Source: Macrostomum lignano (taxonomy: Eukaryota). From it: a stretch of 64,000 bases of DNA. The position numbers and the translations under genes were made by a program. The stretch lies in NCBI GenBank assembly GCA_002269645.1, contig NIVC01003740.1, forward strand, positions 15,616-79,615. Reading direction: 5' to 3'. The notes under the pieces are model-generated. The model was not told the origin of the DNA and did no database searches. It saw nothing but the letters and a program-made list of their open reading frames with translations. Positions 26,522 through 38,213 of this stretch are shown piece by piece. The first letter of the stretch is position 1. Each line of letters starts with the position of its first letter.

Positions 26522-28190
26522 CACCATTTTACCCTCGATTTTGAACAAGGAGAACTTCGAAACTGACAAACTCCTCTTCAATATTGACACTCTATGGTCG
26601 GGCACTCAAAATCTACAATCAATATTGACAGATCAAGCTTCAATTTTGACAAACTCTGGTTCAATTTTGACAATGCACGTTTAGTCAACTTCTGGGAGAA
26701 TTCGGTAACAAAGTAATCCAATGAAAGCCTGAACGGGGCTGAAGTGAGCTGTGCAAAATCAGCTTATTCTGACTTTGCTTTTTGGATCTACAAGTATTGA
26801 TAAAATTTATTTTTCTCTATCCTTTACACACAGACTAAAATAGCCTGACTGGTTGGGCTGCAAAGTCCGATTCTATTTTGACAGAGTTGCTTCAAAACTG
26901 ACACTCTATGGTTTGTGTACCCAAAAAGTCCGCTTCATTTTTGACAACTCCGAATCAATATTGAACAGTTAACAATCGATTTTGACTAAGACATTTTTTG
27001 AAATAGATTTTGACAATTTTTACTAAGATTTTTCTCTTGAGGGGGGTACTTGCTATTTGGGAGAAGGGGTACTGGCTGCATGTATCTACGAGTACATGTA
27101 TGGGAATCTTTCTATCCAGGGATGCTTGCTATCTGGGTGGATGTTTGCTATCTGCAGGATGCTTGCTATCTGGGTGGATGCTTGCTATCTGGGTGTATGC
27201 TTGCTATCTGGGTAGATGATTGCTATCTGGGTAGATGCTTCTATCTGAGGGATGCTTGCTATCTGCAGGATGCTTGCTATCTGGGTGTATGCTTGCTATC
27301 TGCAGGATGCTTGCTATCTGGGTGTATGCTTGCTATCTGGGTGGATGCTTGCTATCTGGGTGGATGCTTGCTATCTGGGTGTATGCTTGCTATCTGGGTG
27401 TATGCTTGCTATCTGGGTGTATGCTTGCTATCTGGGTGTATGCTTGCTATCTGGGTGGATGCTTGCTATCTGGGTGTATGCTTGCTATCTGGGTGTATGC
27501 TTGCTATCTGGGTGGATGCTTGCTATCTGGGTGGATGCTTGCTGTCTTGGGATGTTAAATGAGCGGCCTTTTGCTAGAGTCCCTTGAGAGAGCAGGGACT
27601 CTAGCAAGCATCCCTGGATAGAAATATTCCCATACATGTACTCGTAGATACATGCAGCCAGTACCCCTTCTCCCAAATAGCAAGTACCCCCCCCTCAAGA
27701 GAGAAATCTTAGTAAAAATTGTCAAATCTATTTCAAAAAATGTCTTAGTCAAAATCGATTGTTAACTGTTCAATATTGATTCGGAGTTGTCAAAAATGAA
27801 GCGGACTTTTGGGTACACAAACCATAGAGTGTCAGTTTTGAAGCAACTCTGTCAAAATAGAATCAGACTTTGCAGCCCAACCAGTCAGGCTATTTTAGTC
27901 TGTGTGTAAAGGATAGAGAAAAATAAATTTTATCAATACTTGTAGATCCAAAAAGCAAAGTCAGAATAAGCTGATTTTGCACAGCTCACTTCAGCCCCGT
28001 TCAGGCTTTCATTGGATTACTTTGTTACCGAATTCTCCCAGAAGTTGACTAAACGTGCATTGTCAAAATTGAAGCTTGATCTGTCAATATTGATTGTAGA
28101 TTTTGAGTGCCCGACCATAGAGTGTCAATATTGAAGAGGAGTTTGTCAGTTTCGAAGTTCTCCTCGTTCAAAATCGAGGGTAAAATGGTG
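26522..28190. mobile_element. Non-autonomous foldback element with ~600-bp inverted arms and a central 18-bp minisatellite
   Basis: Arms about 26522-27129 and 27601-28190 are near-identical reverse complements (CACCATTTTACCCTCG...CGAGGGTAAAATGGTG), flanked by TA on both sides. The centre is (ATGCTTGCTATCTGGGTG)n at about 27120-27545. Confidence 0.88.
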
Positions 28191-28514
28191 TACAACTCTT
28201 CAGTCTAAAGAGGTGTGAGGGCAAATAAAAAGCCCTCAACTCTTGTGCGACTGTGAAAAATGTCGAGAAAGTGTAGCGTCTTTAACTGCAAATCAAACTA
28301 TAACTCAGAAGAAAGCCGAACAACGATATTTTCTCTTCTTTGAGATGCACGAGAATGGGAGCGTTGGAGACAAACCCTACCAAATATTTTTGAGGTGAGA
28401 AGGATGTTAATTCTAAGCGATCATACGCTGGTATGCGTGGATGAATTTATTATAAACTAATTGTTAAAAATAACCACTGCGATAAAATTTACCATTCTAG
28501 AAAGTGACTGAACA

Positions 28515-28975
28515 CATGGACATATGCCAAAAGCACTGGCCAAGTGACACCCCATGTTAAAGAATATGAAAGACCGAAAGATCCGCCTTCTGTCTTCTCT
28601 GGCTTTCCCTCTTCGTGCTTGATACAGACGGACAGACAGACAGTTTTTATTGCCCCAAACTTCTCCGTTCGCGCACTCATTATGCATACGCCAGTTTTGA
28701 TTCGAGACTTGCAACAATTGGCAAACTGAATCCAATGGAACCTTAAATATTCAACCGTCAGGTGCAGACAGTTATATCGGCCAAATGGATGGACGCAATC
28801 CGACTGTACAAATCAGAAGAATATCACGTTGTCAAACGAACGGAATTAACCCATGAAGCTTGCTATCCTTCAGTTCAAGCATACAGAAAAACGAAGGTAA
28901 CACTCGCTCTCCAAGTCTTCAATGAAAAGGCTGTTGCAGCACTGAAGTGCGACAGCTCCATAGACACGGCAGTAT
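28515..28975 (+). pseudogene. Degenerate THAP/P-element-like transposase relic
   Basis: Fragments in different frames: ICQKHWP and RPKDPPSVF (THAP-like), CNNWQTE, and AKWMDAIRLY...TELTHEACYP...KTKVTLALQVFNEKAVAAL (P-superfamily-like helix region). Confidence 0.6.
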
Positions 28976-29726
28976 GAGTCGTCGGCTTACGAATGTTTAT
29001 TTTAAAGGCCTGGTAAAGCACTCATTGAAGGTTGCACCTGCGCCGACTACATCGCACGACAGAAAGCTACGCAAACTGGGAGGCCAGTGAATTCGAGGTA
29101 TAGTTTTTAGTATTCTGTCTTTGGAGTTTTAAATCTTCCAATCCGAAATCTTTCATATCTAGCTGCTCCTCATCTGGGTTCCTCCTAAAATTCTTTCTGT
29201 TTAGTCCTGATTTTCTGTGTTCTATTCTACGAGTACGAGTTGCCGTGTACTTTTGTTAACACACCATTTCATGCTTTTAAACTTTTTTCTCTTTTGCTTA
29301 TCTCACATGCTTAAATATATGTAATTTTCGCTTAGTACCCCAGTTTTTCCTATACAGTATACAGGTCCCCGTATAAGTTCCTCCTCAAATAAGTTATTTA
29401 GTTCCGTTCCACGATATACACACCATGCTAAGTTTAAACCTTTTCTTCGTGAATATCTCGCGTGTCTAATTGTATGTCATTGTGCTCTGTACGGCCGTTT
29501 TTTGTACTCAAAAAAATTTAAAACTGAATAAAAAACCTTTTAGACAACTGACTGAACCTTTTAAAGCAAAAATAATATTGTGGCCTTAGTCTTTTCAGCA
29601 GCTAAGCTTAGCATCTGGCGCCCATAGACTCAAACGAGCCCGCAACTTTTTCGCCATGATTTGGTTTGTTTCGCGTCCCGGTAGTTTAAGTTGTCCCTGA
29701 GTAATATTCTTTCCTCCATGACTATA

Positions 29727-30559
29727 CCTTTTTGCGATCTAGTTTGCCAAAACTGCAATCAATTTTGCATGCGGAAAAATATCACTTATAATTTTGCTGT
29801 CTAGGCCAAGTCTGCTCAGTCATGACCAGAGTTTCAGCCACAGACAACTCTTTGAAAACTGAAATCAATTTTGCCAAAAAGCAATTGTTTTTTACTCTTT
29901 TTACTCTCCCATGAAAGCTGACTGCACAAGAATCCATAAGAGCCTGTTGATTTCAACACAAGTTTTGGCCATAGACTAATGTTAGCCAGGCTGAACACTG
30001 CGCGCAAACCGATTCCTTCCCATGTGTGCTTGCTCCATAGACTCAGCAACCATAGACAATAGCTTGTTTGTCTTTTCCTCACTTTTTTTTCTCTAACCTT
30101 TATGTACATAACACTGGCCTGTTCACACGCGCTTCTTCGAATAAACTTTTTCTTGACCACATCATGGAGCTGAGATTCGCAGCTTTCATTTGAATCAAGT
30201 TACAATTAAAACGGACTGAAATTATGTCCGCTAGAAGACATCGTAGCAAGGGTTCCGGAACTTTTGACGGACAGTATAGCATTAAAGTTTGACTTACGAT
30301 TATTGTGTAGACAACGTCAATAATCTATGTTTTAGCCCAATTATTCGCAGCTACATGCAGTTGAATGAAAAAATATAGCTTTATACGATCATACTACCGA
30401 ACAGAGAGTAGTTTTGCTAAATAAAGTCGAGTAAACCATGTGGTATTTAGTATCTGTGGTCATGACTGAGCAGACTTGGCATAGACAGCAAAATTATAAG
30501 TGATATTTTTTCCGCGGGCAAAATTGATTGCAGTTTTGGCAAACTAGATCGCAAAAAGG
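29727..30559. mobile_element. MITE with ~100-bp TIRs, TA-flanked (Tc1/mariner-like target)
   Basis: 29727-29828 is the reverse complement of 30457-30559 with few mismatches. TATA lies on both sides. Confidence 0.8.
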
Positions 30560-30954
30560 TATATTGATGTATGTTGTCTTTCTGTTGGAGTTTTTTATTC
30601 ATTGAAGTCGGCCATAGACAATTGCAGCGGGCGAGATTCACTTCGAGAAGGCAAATTGAGCCGCAGAGAGAGAGAGAGAGCGACGAGGTTTAAAAACACC
30701 CGCCACCCCGGGGGTGGGTGGCGATGGACATATCAACGCGCTGGACAAACCAGTTTATTTCACCCCGTTTCAACACACTTAGACTAACTATAACTGACTC
30801 GAAGTCGTTGGCTTCTGGCTGCAGCCATAGACAAAAAACAAAATGTTTTCTAATATTGACTAGCTCACAAGTTTATCTACATCACCCCAGTAGAGGAAAA
30901 GAGAAAAAGATCTTCAAACAAATTTGAAGCGAAAATTCTGCCCAAACGACAGCA

Positions 30955-32144
30955 ATGGAAACAAAACGCATATTTCTTCTCGCCTGTGCCTTAATGGCGC
31001 TAATCATTGTTACTAATCACTATTCCCGGAAACAAACTGCATCACCTCGGAGTCGTATCCCTTCCGGGCCCAACAATTTGACCGCTTCAAAAGTACATCT
31101 CATTCGAAACAAAGGCCTGACCGCTGAAGAGTCGCTGCCAACGCTGAGCGATGTCGAAATGATCAAGAACTGTCCTCCGTACAACGAGCTTCGAAACGTC
31201 GACTTCACGAACCCCAGCCTGCGACACCGGCTGTGTCAGGAGACGCCGGCCTACCAGTTAGTCAGGGGCAAGTTCCCCTGTGCAAGCTGAACAGGAACTT
31301 ACCGCAGCAGATGTACACCATTGTCAGACAAGGGTCTCCTGTGGCCAATGTGACCCGAGCGATGGGCGGCCCTCTAATGCCGATGTTCACCTTCGGCAAG
31401 GAGGACATGATTTCCGCGCATATGCTAAAACACAACGACTGGGAAAGCAGCTCTATTCGGACGATGCTCAACCTGTTACAGAAGCTTCCGAAAAACTCTG
31501 CGACGTTCCTCGATATCGGCAGCAACCTTGGCATCTACAGCCTGCAGGCCAGAGAGCTCGGGTATCCCGTGGTGGCCATCGATGCAAACATTCGCACACT
31601 GGTCAGGCTGCAGATGTCAGCGAAGCAGCTGAACTTGCTTGACGACAAGCTGAGGCTCTTCTGGGGCTTCATCAGTGACGACGTGGCGGTCAAGCGGATC
31701 AGCTGGGACGCTGACGGCATGAATTGCAATGTTGGAGGCGGCTCAGGCGGATTGGCTGACTGGAAACGGCAGGTCAAGAAGTCAATCGAGGACACGATTC
31801 CCGTGACCACTGTCAAAGCGGACGAGCTTCGAGCGCACATCGGCACCAAGAATGTGGTCATCAAGATGGACATCGAGTCCGGTGAGCACCTGTTCATGAA
31901 GACTGGCGAGAAGCTGTTTAGAGAGTTCAACATCATGGCGCTGCAGATGGAGTTCTGGCGGAAAAAACTCAGTAACGGACCGCAATTGTCCAAACATTAC
32001 GAGTTTGTGACGCACTTCATGACCTCGAGGAACTTCTCTCTGCTGTCCATGAGCTTCCAAGTGCAGAACATCGCTACATTCAACGAGTGGGACGGACTGT
32101 GGGTCAGAAACGACTTTGTGGCTCAAGTTGCAAAGAAAGTTTGA
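30955..32144 (+). CDS. FkbM-family SAM-dependent methyltransferase with an N-terminal signal anchor; intronless, one apparent frameshift near 31233-31290
   Basis: ORF 30955-31290 (hydrophobic N-terminus) overlaps ORF 31233-32144 in another frame. The second ORF has FLDIGSNLGIYSL, VVAIDAN and VIKMDIESGE motifs. No GT-AG intron joins the two frames. Confidence 0.75.
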
Positions 32145-33229
32145 ACATATTTTAAAGGCGGACGTTACCTAATTAGAAATTAACATGTCAAATAATTTCG
32201 ATATTCTTCTAATTTTTGTCGAATTGTCAAAATGTCGATAATAGCTGGATGTGTCATGCAGTTGGGAGTTTAGTTGCTTATTATATTTCTTGCCTTGCGC
32301 AATTAAGGGAAACAATTGCAAAAGCCACCTACAGCTGGTACGTGGTTCCTAACCTCAGTAACAGCAAATGTCTGCACTCAGTTTATCAGACATTGCCAGA
32401 TAGCTCTGAGGCGCAGCTCGCTGCTGTCAACGGCAAGATGCGCTGATTTTGCCGTTAATTGAGCAAATTTTGCAACGACCAATTGTGCAAAGTCTCTAAT
32501 GCGATTTTATAACAATACCTAATATCTGCCTGGAGCCAGGGCTGGCGGAGCGATCATAATTAATTGGCGCAACATTTCTCTCGTTGTTTACGCTAGCACA
32601 ATGGTACCTTCACCACTAGTGCATGTTTTGACGATGTTGATGGAAAACTTTTTTGTGCCAGCTGCCTGCATCAAATTCGCGACTAGTTAATCTGCGATAC
32701 AAATTGTTGCTTCGTGGCTAATTTTAAATCTTAACTGTTCATAGTTCAATTTTTACATTTGACTAAAAATTATAATCATTTCACTTGATTGGCTATCGAT
32801 TATATTGCTTTAAGCTTTTAATACTGGCTATATTCTTACGTTCTTAAAACACCTATCATAGCTTTCTGCTCAAGCCACAGATACTATCTGTATTGTAGTA
32901 TCTATCTATCTGTAAGCAGTATCTGTGGCTCAAGCAAATACCGAATGCTTTCTCAGCGATAGTTCCTCGTGCCTACCGCAATTTTAGTAGCTTGCTTCTG
33001 CTATTGAAATGTTGTCTTATAATTTCTTATTAAACATCACTACTGGTAATTCTTGGCGCTTGAGATCGCAGATAGATAATCGTAAATTCTGGCACGTGCT
33101 ACTGTCAGTGTGAATTTTTCGGTCACATTTTACTTTTCTAAATCTCCGTCATGGGACCGCCTTAGAAAGAACCTGGCATTGGAGTGCACCTGGGGTAACG
33201 GCCGTTGCCTAGTCGTGTCCGTTACAGAA

Positions 33230-33740
33230 CAGGTAAGCTTGTCCTTGATGCATAAGTCTTGAAGTTCCGGTGCCAGTTGCTTGGATGCCATGCAGCTATA
33301 GTTCCAGGCTGAGTTCTGTGCTCACTGCACCACACCTGCACGACCTTCTGCTCCTCAGCTTTTCTTTCTCGCTTCTTCGTGAGGTAAGTTTTCGTGATGC
33401 GTGACGAAGCGCAGTCCACACAAACTGTACTGGTGGTTCGCTCCCTTGGACCGCATGCTGCCGAACTCTCTGGAAGTAGTCGGGAAGACTGATCATCAAA
33501 AACCGAGAGCCAAGCACTTCCCGGTGTAAAATTCAGCAACGGTGCATTTAATCATGTGGGCAGCAGTCGGATCCAAGTTGTTGATTTTCAGAATACATAT
33601 ACCGGGTCCTCGCTTTCTGCTTTCTGTGTTACCGTGGGCCAATTTTTTCTGTTTTTGGCATGGCCGATGCTCGATCCTGTTAGATATGTGTTGATCCTTG
33701 TACTCTGGAACGAAATCTAAAACCGTGATACACAAGCAAC
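33230..33740 (-). pseudogene. Possible degraded Mutator-like transposase fragment
   Basis: Broken minus-strand frames (NLDPT...TGKCLALGF; LPDYFQRVRQHAVQGSEPPVQFVWTALRHASRKL) loosely resemble MULE DDE motifs. Weak. Confidence 0.25.
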
Positions 33741-34261
33741 TTGGCTTTGCCGTCGTTCATTGTGGTTAATGCGTCTCAATTTACATGCGTATGTAAATGT
33801 AACATGTAAAGTTCATGTACATTTAAAGGTCAACAATTATATTGGACGTTAGTGCAGTGCAATTTAAAATTACAATAATGACCCTTGTACCTTAAATTGA
33901 ACATGCATCCGTCATACGAACGTTCCTTAACTCTCATGTCATTTATACCTCCAACAAGCTGTTGAAACCCGTGGATTTTGAACCCGGGGAATTCCGATTC
34001 CCGGAAATATTTGTGCATGTGCTCTGAGATCTGAGGCCATACTCAAACAAAAACTTGTTAATAGTTAGTAGGATAGAGTAAACATTAAAATGGAGTACAT
34101 TCGTGTAAAATTAGGATTTGAGGCAAACATTTGATATTGTTGGCTGGGGTACGTGCTGCGCAGAATGTCGGGCAATGTCTGTCTGACTCTAAAACATGTA
34201 TTGGCAGACTCTGGCCTCTGCCTCTGACTCTCCCTACGTACCTTGGATCGATTGCAACTTG

Positions 34262-35215
<954 letters not shown>

Positions 35216-38213
35216 AAATTTGCAGTTTTCCCATATAAGTTTCGACGCTGACTTGGCAGAATTGTAGGAGTTCACTTGCAACATACAGACAGACAGACAA
35301 ACATCGCGTCAGTTTTAGTATATTGAGAGATAATACATAAATGATGGGTTTCGGCCTTTTCAGCGTTAAAACGCCTCCGGGTCTCAGGTCTCAGAAATAA
35401 ATCAATTAGAGTCCTGGCCCCCATTCCTGTCAGATGGTCAGCCCCATTGTAGCTTGATCGTGTGGCGAGCAGTCTAGGTCATATAGCTAAGAGAGGGACA
35501 GCGAGAGACAAGCAGGGAGAATTTTGAAGGTAGAAATTAGTTAACCCGCAGGTTAGCTAACTCGCTGCCACCAGCCCGTGCGTTCCGGCTCACCAAACCG
35601 GAACTTTCGAAATCGGGCTTCCGACTAGAAGGGGCTTTGCACTTACCTGCCAACTAGTGTCTTTTTGCTGTCAATCTCGAAGTCATAGCCGATGATAAGG
35701 GACATTGCTGGGACTAGATCGCATTGGCCATGCAGGTACAGAGGGGACTTGTGCAGAGGATTCTTGCAGTGGCGAGTCTATGGGGTAGCTACATGTACTA
35801 TTACATTGCTAAATTCGAGAGATTGTACTTCTGAACTTCAACGTGCTAACCAGCCTCTCGTAGCGCTGATGATAGACTAACTCGAACTTTAGAGATCGCA
35901 TGATTACCCGAGCCGCTTGGCGAATCTAGAGTGCCCGGAAGTACATTTCTAGCGCCGATTTTGCACTATTGGCAATTTCGCTAACTGATTTGATAGATTG
36001 ATCGACTGAGAACTGCCTTGCCATTGGTCCACTGTGACCGGCGCCTACTAGCTTAGCTATTCATTTTAACCATCAGCGAAAAAGAAATAAAACCGATAAA
36101 AATAACTGTCAGATTTAACCTTCTCGCTGAATCACTTAACACTTCAGATTGAATCGGAGTAAATAGACTACTAACAATATTATTAAATGATTTCCGCCTC
36201 AATAACAGCAATACTGAATAAAATGAGCAAAAGCGTGCGCCTAATCCGGCTACTGAAATAGGGGACAGATAGGGAATCACCCAATCAAGCAAGTCAAGGT
36301 AGCCTCTCACCCAACCAATCAGAACTCAGCAGTCGACCGGGGGAGACGTCCTTGATGATGAGGGGGATGTCGCAATCCGGAGATCAAGAGACGACGGCCG
36401 TGAGTCCGGAGTAGGTCGTGCCCCGGGAGCCAGAAGGTGCAGAACAGTTTGAGTCCGAGCGGGCCAAAACATTGGCTTAAATAGCCGCTAACTGGACCGT
36501 AGTTTGTTAAAATGGAACACCTCGACGCTGATTGGCTGAGCCGATTTGTTACCCAAACTCACGTGACTCAAAGATCCTATCAGTTCCCTTGGGGCCATAA
36601 GAATACGCTAGATGTCATTAGAAATCACTCAAAATAACTACATTATGATGTATGGATTTTCGCGTAAGAATTACAAAAATCAATGAACAAATATGCACTA
36701 GAAAGGTCTCATTAAGTAGAAAGGGAAGATGGTGAAGAGAAATCGATAATTTCTAATCCCAAAGTACTTCTAGGGGTAAGACGCATATAAGCTGTCAGAG
36801 CTGTCAAACGCCTGAGTGAACAAGAACAAAAGGCCCTGGCCTCATAAATCTGATGGCCTGTCGAAAATGATGAGAAAAAAGCGAACCGCCCGCATCCTCT
36901 CAGACCAACTGGCGCCAGCTTCGTTGAGTGAGGCGCAGTTGGCTGTCAGAAACACCTACGAGCTATGATTTATGACCCCAAAAATAGCAAAAACCGCGCC
37001 TATGTTATAATGACTACAATATAAGTATGACAAAATCATATAGCTACAAAAATCCTATACTATGAATTCTAGGAAAATTACAGAAAAGAAAGAAAATGCC
37101 CATAGCCTGCTATCAGTAGACTAACAAGTTTAAAACCCAAGTGCGTGAGATTTGGAAAAAATTGCGTTCTCATCAAATATATTGTACATGCATTGTGCAA
37201 ATCAGCATCCATTGATGCTGATATAAAAAGGGACAATTTACAATGTAGAACAAAAGGAACAAAAAAGCAAAAAATACTTCGCTCTATAGCACGGACGCGT
37301 TCGCAGAACAGATGAGAGGGGAAGGTCATGTTCAAGTGAGTCCGGAACGTTTCAGTGTAGTGACAGTACTCCATTGGCCACGCCGCGTAGATACCAATAA
37401 ATACTCCAATGAAGTGAAAGCCTAGATAGAGGTAGAAGACATACATTTTTTTTCTATTTAGGTCTGAATAATTTTCAATAGTTTTCTTTTATACTAGTCT
37501 ATCTCTTTGTGTGCAGTGTCAGTCAGGAAGCTCATGGAGTTTTCACTCGTAGGTTAGAATAAATTAAGCAAATAACTATTTTTTGCAGCTGTAAAATTTT
37601 CCGCGTTATGTGTGTCTTAACAAAAAGTGCTATCTAGAGTACTGTTTCTGAAATAAATTCGTATTTTATTAAACATATATTAAGATAGTATATGAAACCA
37701 AGCAGAAAATATAGAATATTGACAATAATAACACTCATTGTGGTATATTTCTTGGGATAAAAGCACACTTTTGATGAGTCACTGGCGACTGGCCTATCCT
37801 GGAATTTTCGCTAAGTTCACTCTACAATTTAAGCCTATATCGATAGGAATATTATACTTATACTGGTCATTTACTGGCTGTATACACATTGGTCGCATTG
37901 ATTTAGAAAATCGTTAGATTTGCTTTTTGTTATTTACCCTGTATTTCGGCCATTTTTAGGCTATTGGCAAATATTCAGTTAACCTTTTTGACTTGAATTA
38001 ATCAGTTATTAATAAAATTTTCTCCGTGCTGTCTGTGCTGGCTTAGCCTAGACAGTAGAGACTACTTACTGTCTTGATTGTGTACTGTCAGAAAACTATT
38101 AATTTAAGTCAGTTTCCTTTGAATTTGTAGGCCTGACTCTAATCATTACATAGGCGTAGGCCCTATTTATTAGTTTGTCACATTATTTAGAGACAAATTA
38201 AATTAACTTGAAA

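Noticed and set aside
30700-30723. GC-rich hairpin as a Helitron 3' end
   Set aside because: No CTRR terminus at the expected distance on either strand.
32873-32930. Short hairpin AGCCACAGATACT...AGTATCTGTGGCT as an ncRNA
   Set aside because: Only a 13-bp stem around a low-complexity TATC loop; more likely a tiny repeat remnant.
36030-36645. Possible solo LTR (TGTGAC start, CCAAT boxes, TATTTAAG)
   Set aside because: I could not find a matching terminal inverted dinucleotide end or a TSD, and no retroelement coding sequence lies nearby.
37078-37446. 122-aa minus-strand ORF divergent from dynamin
   Set aside because: No recognisable motif and AT-rich codon usage; it overlaps the probable dynamin promoter or 5' UTR.
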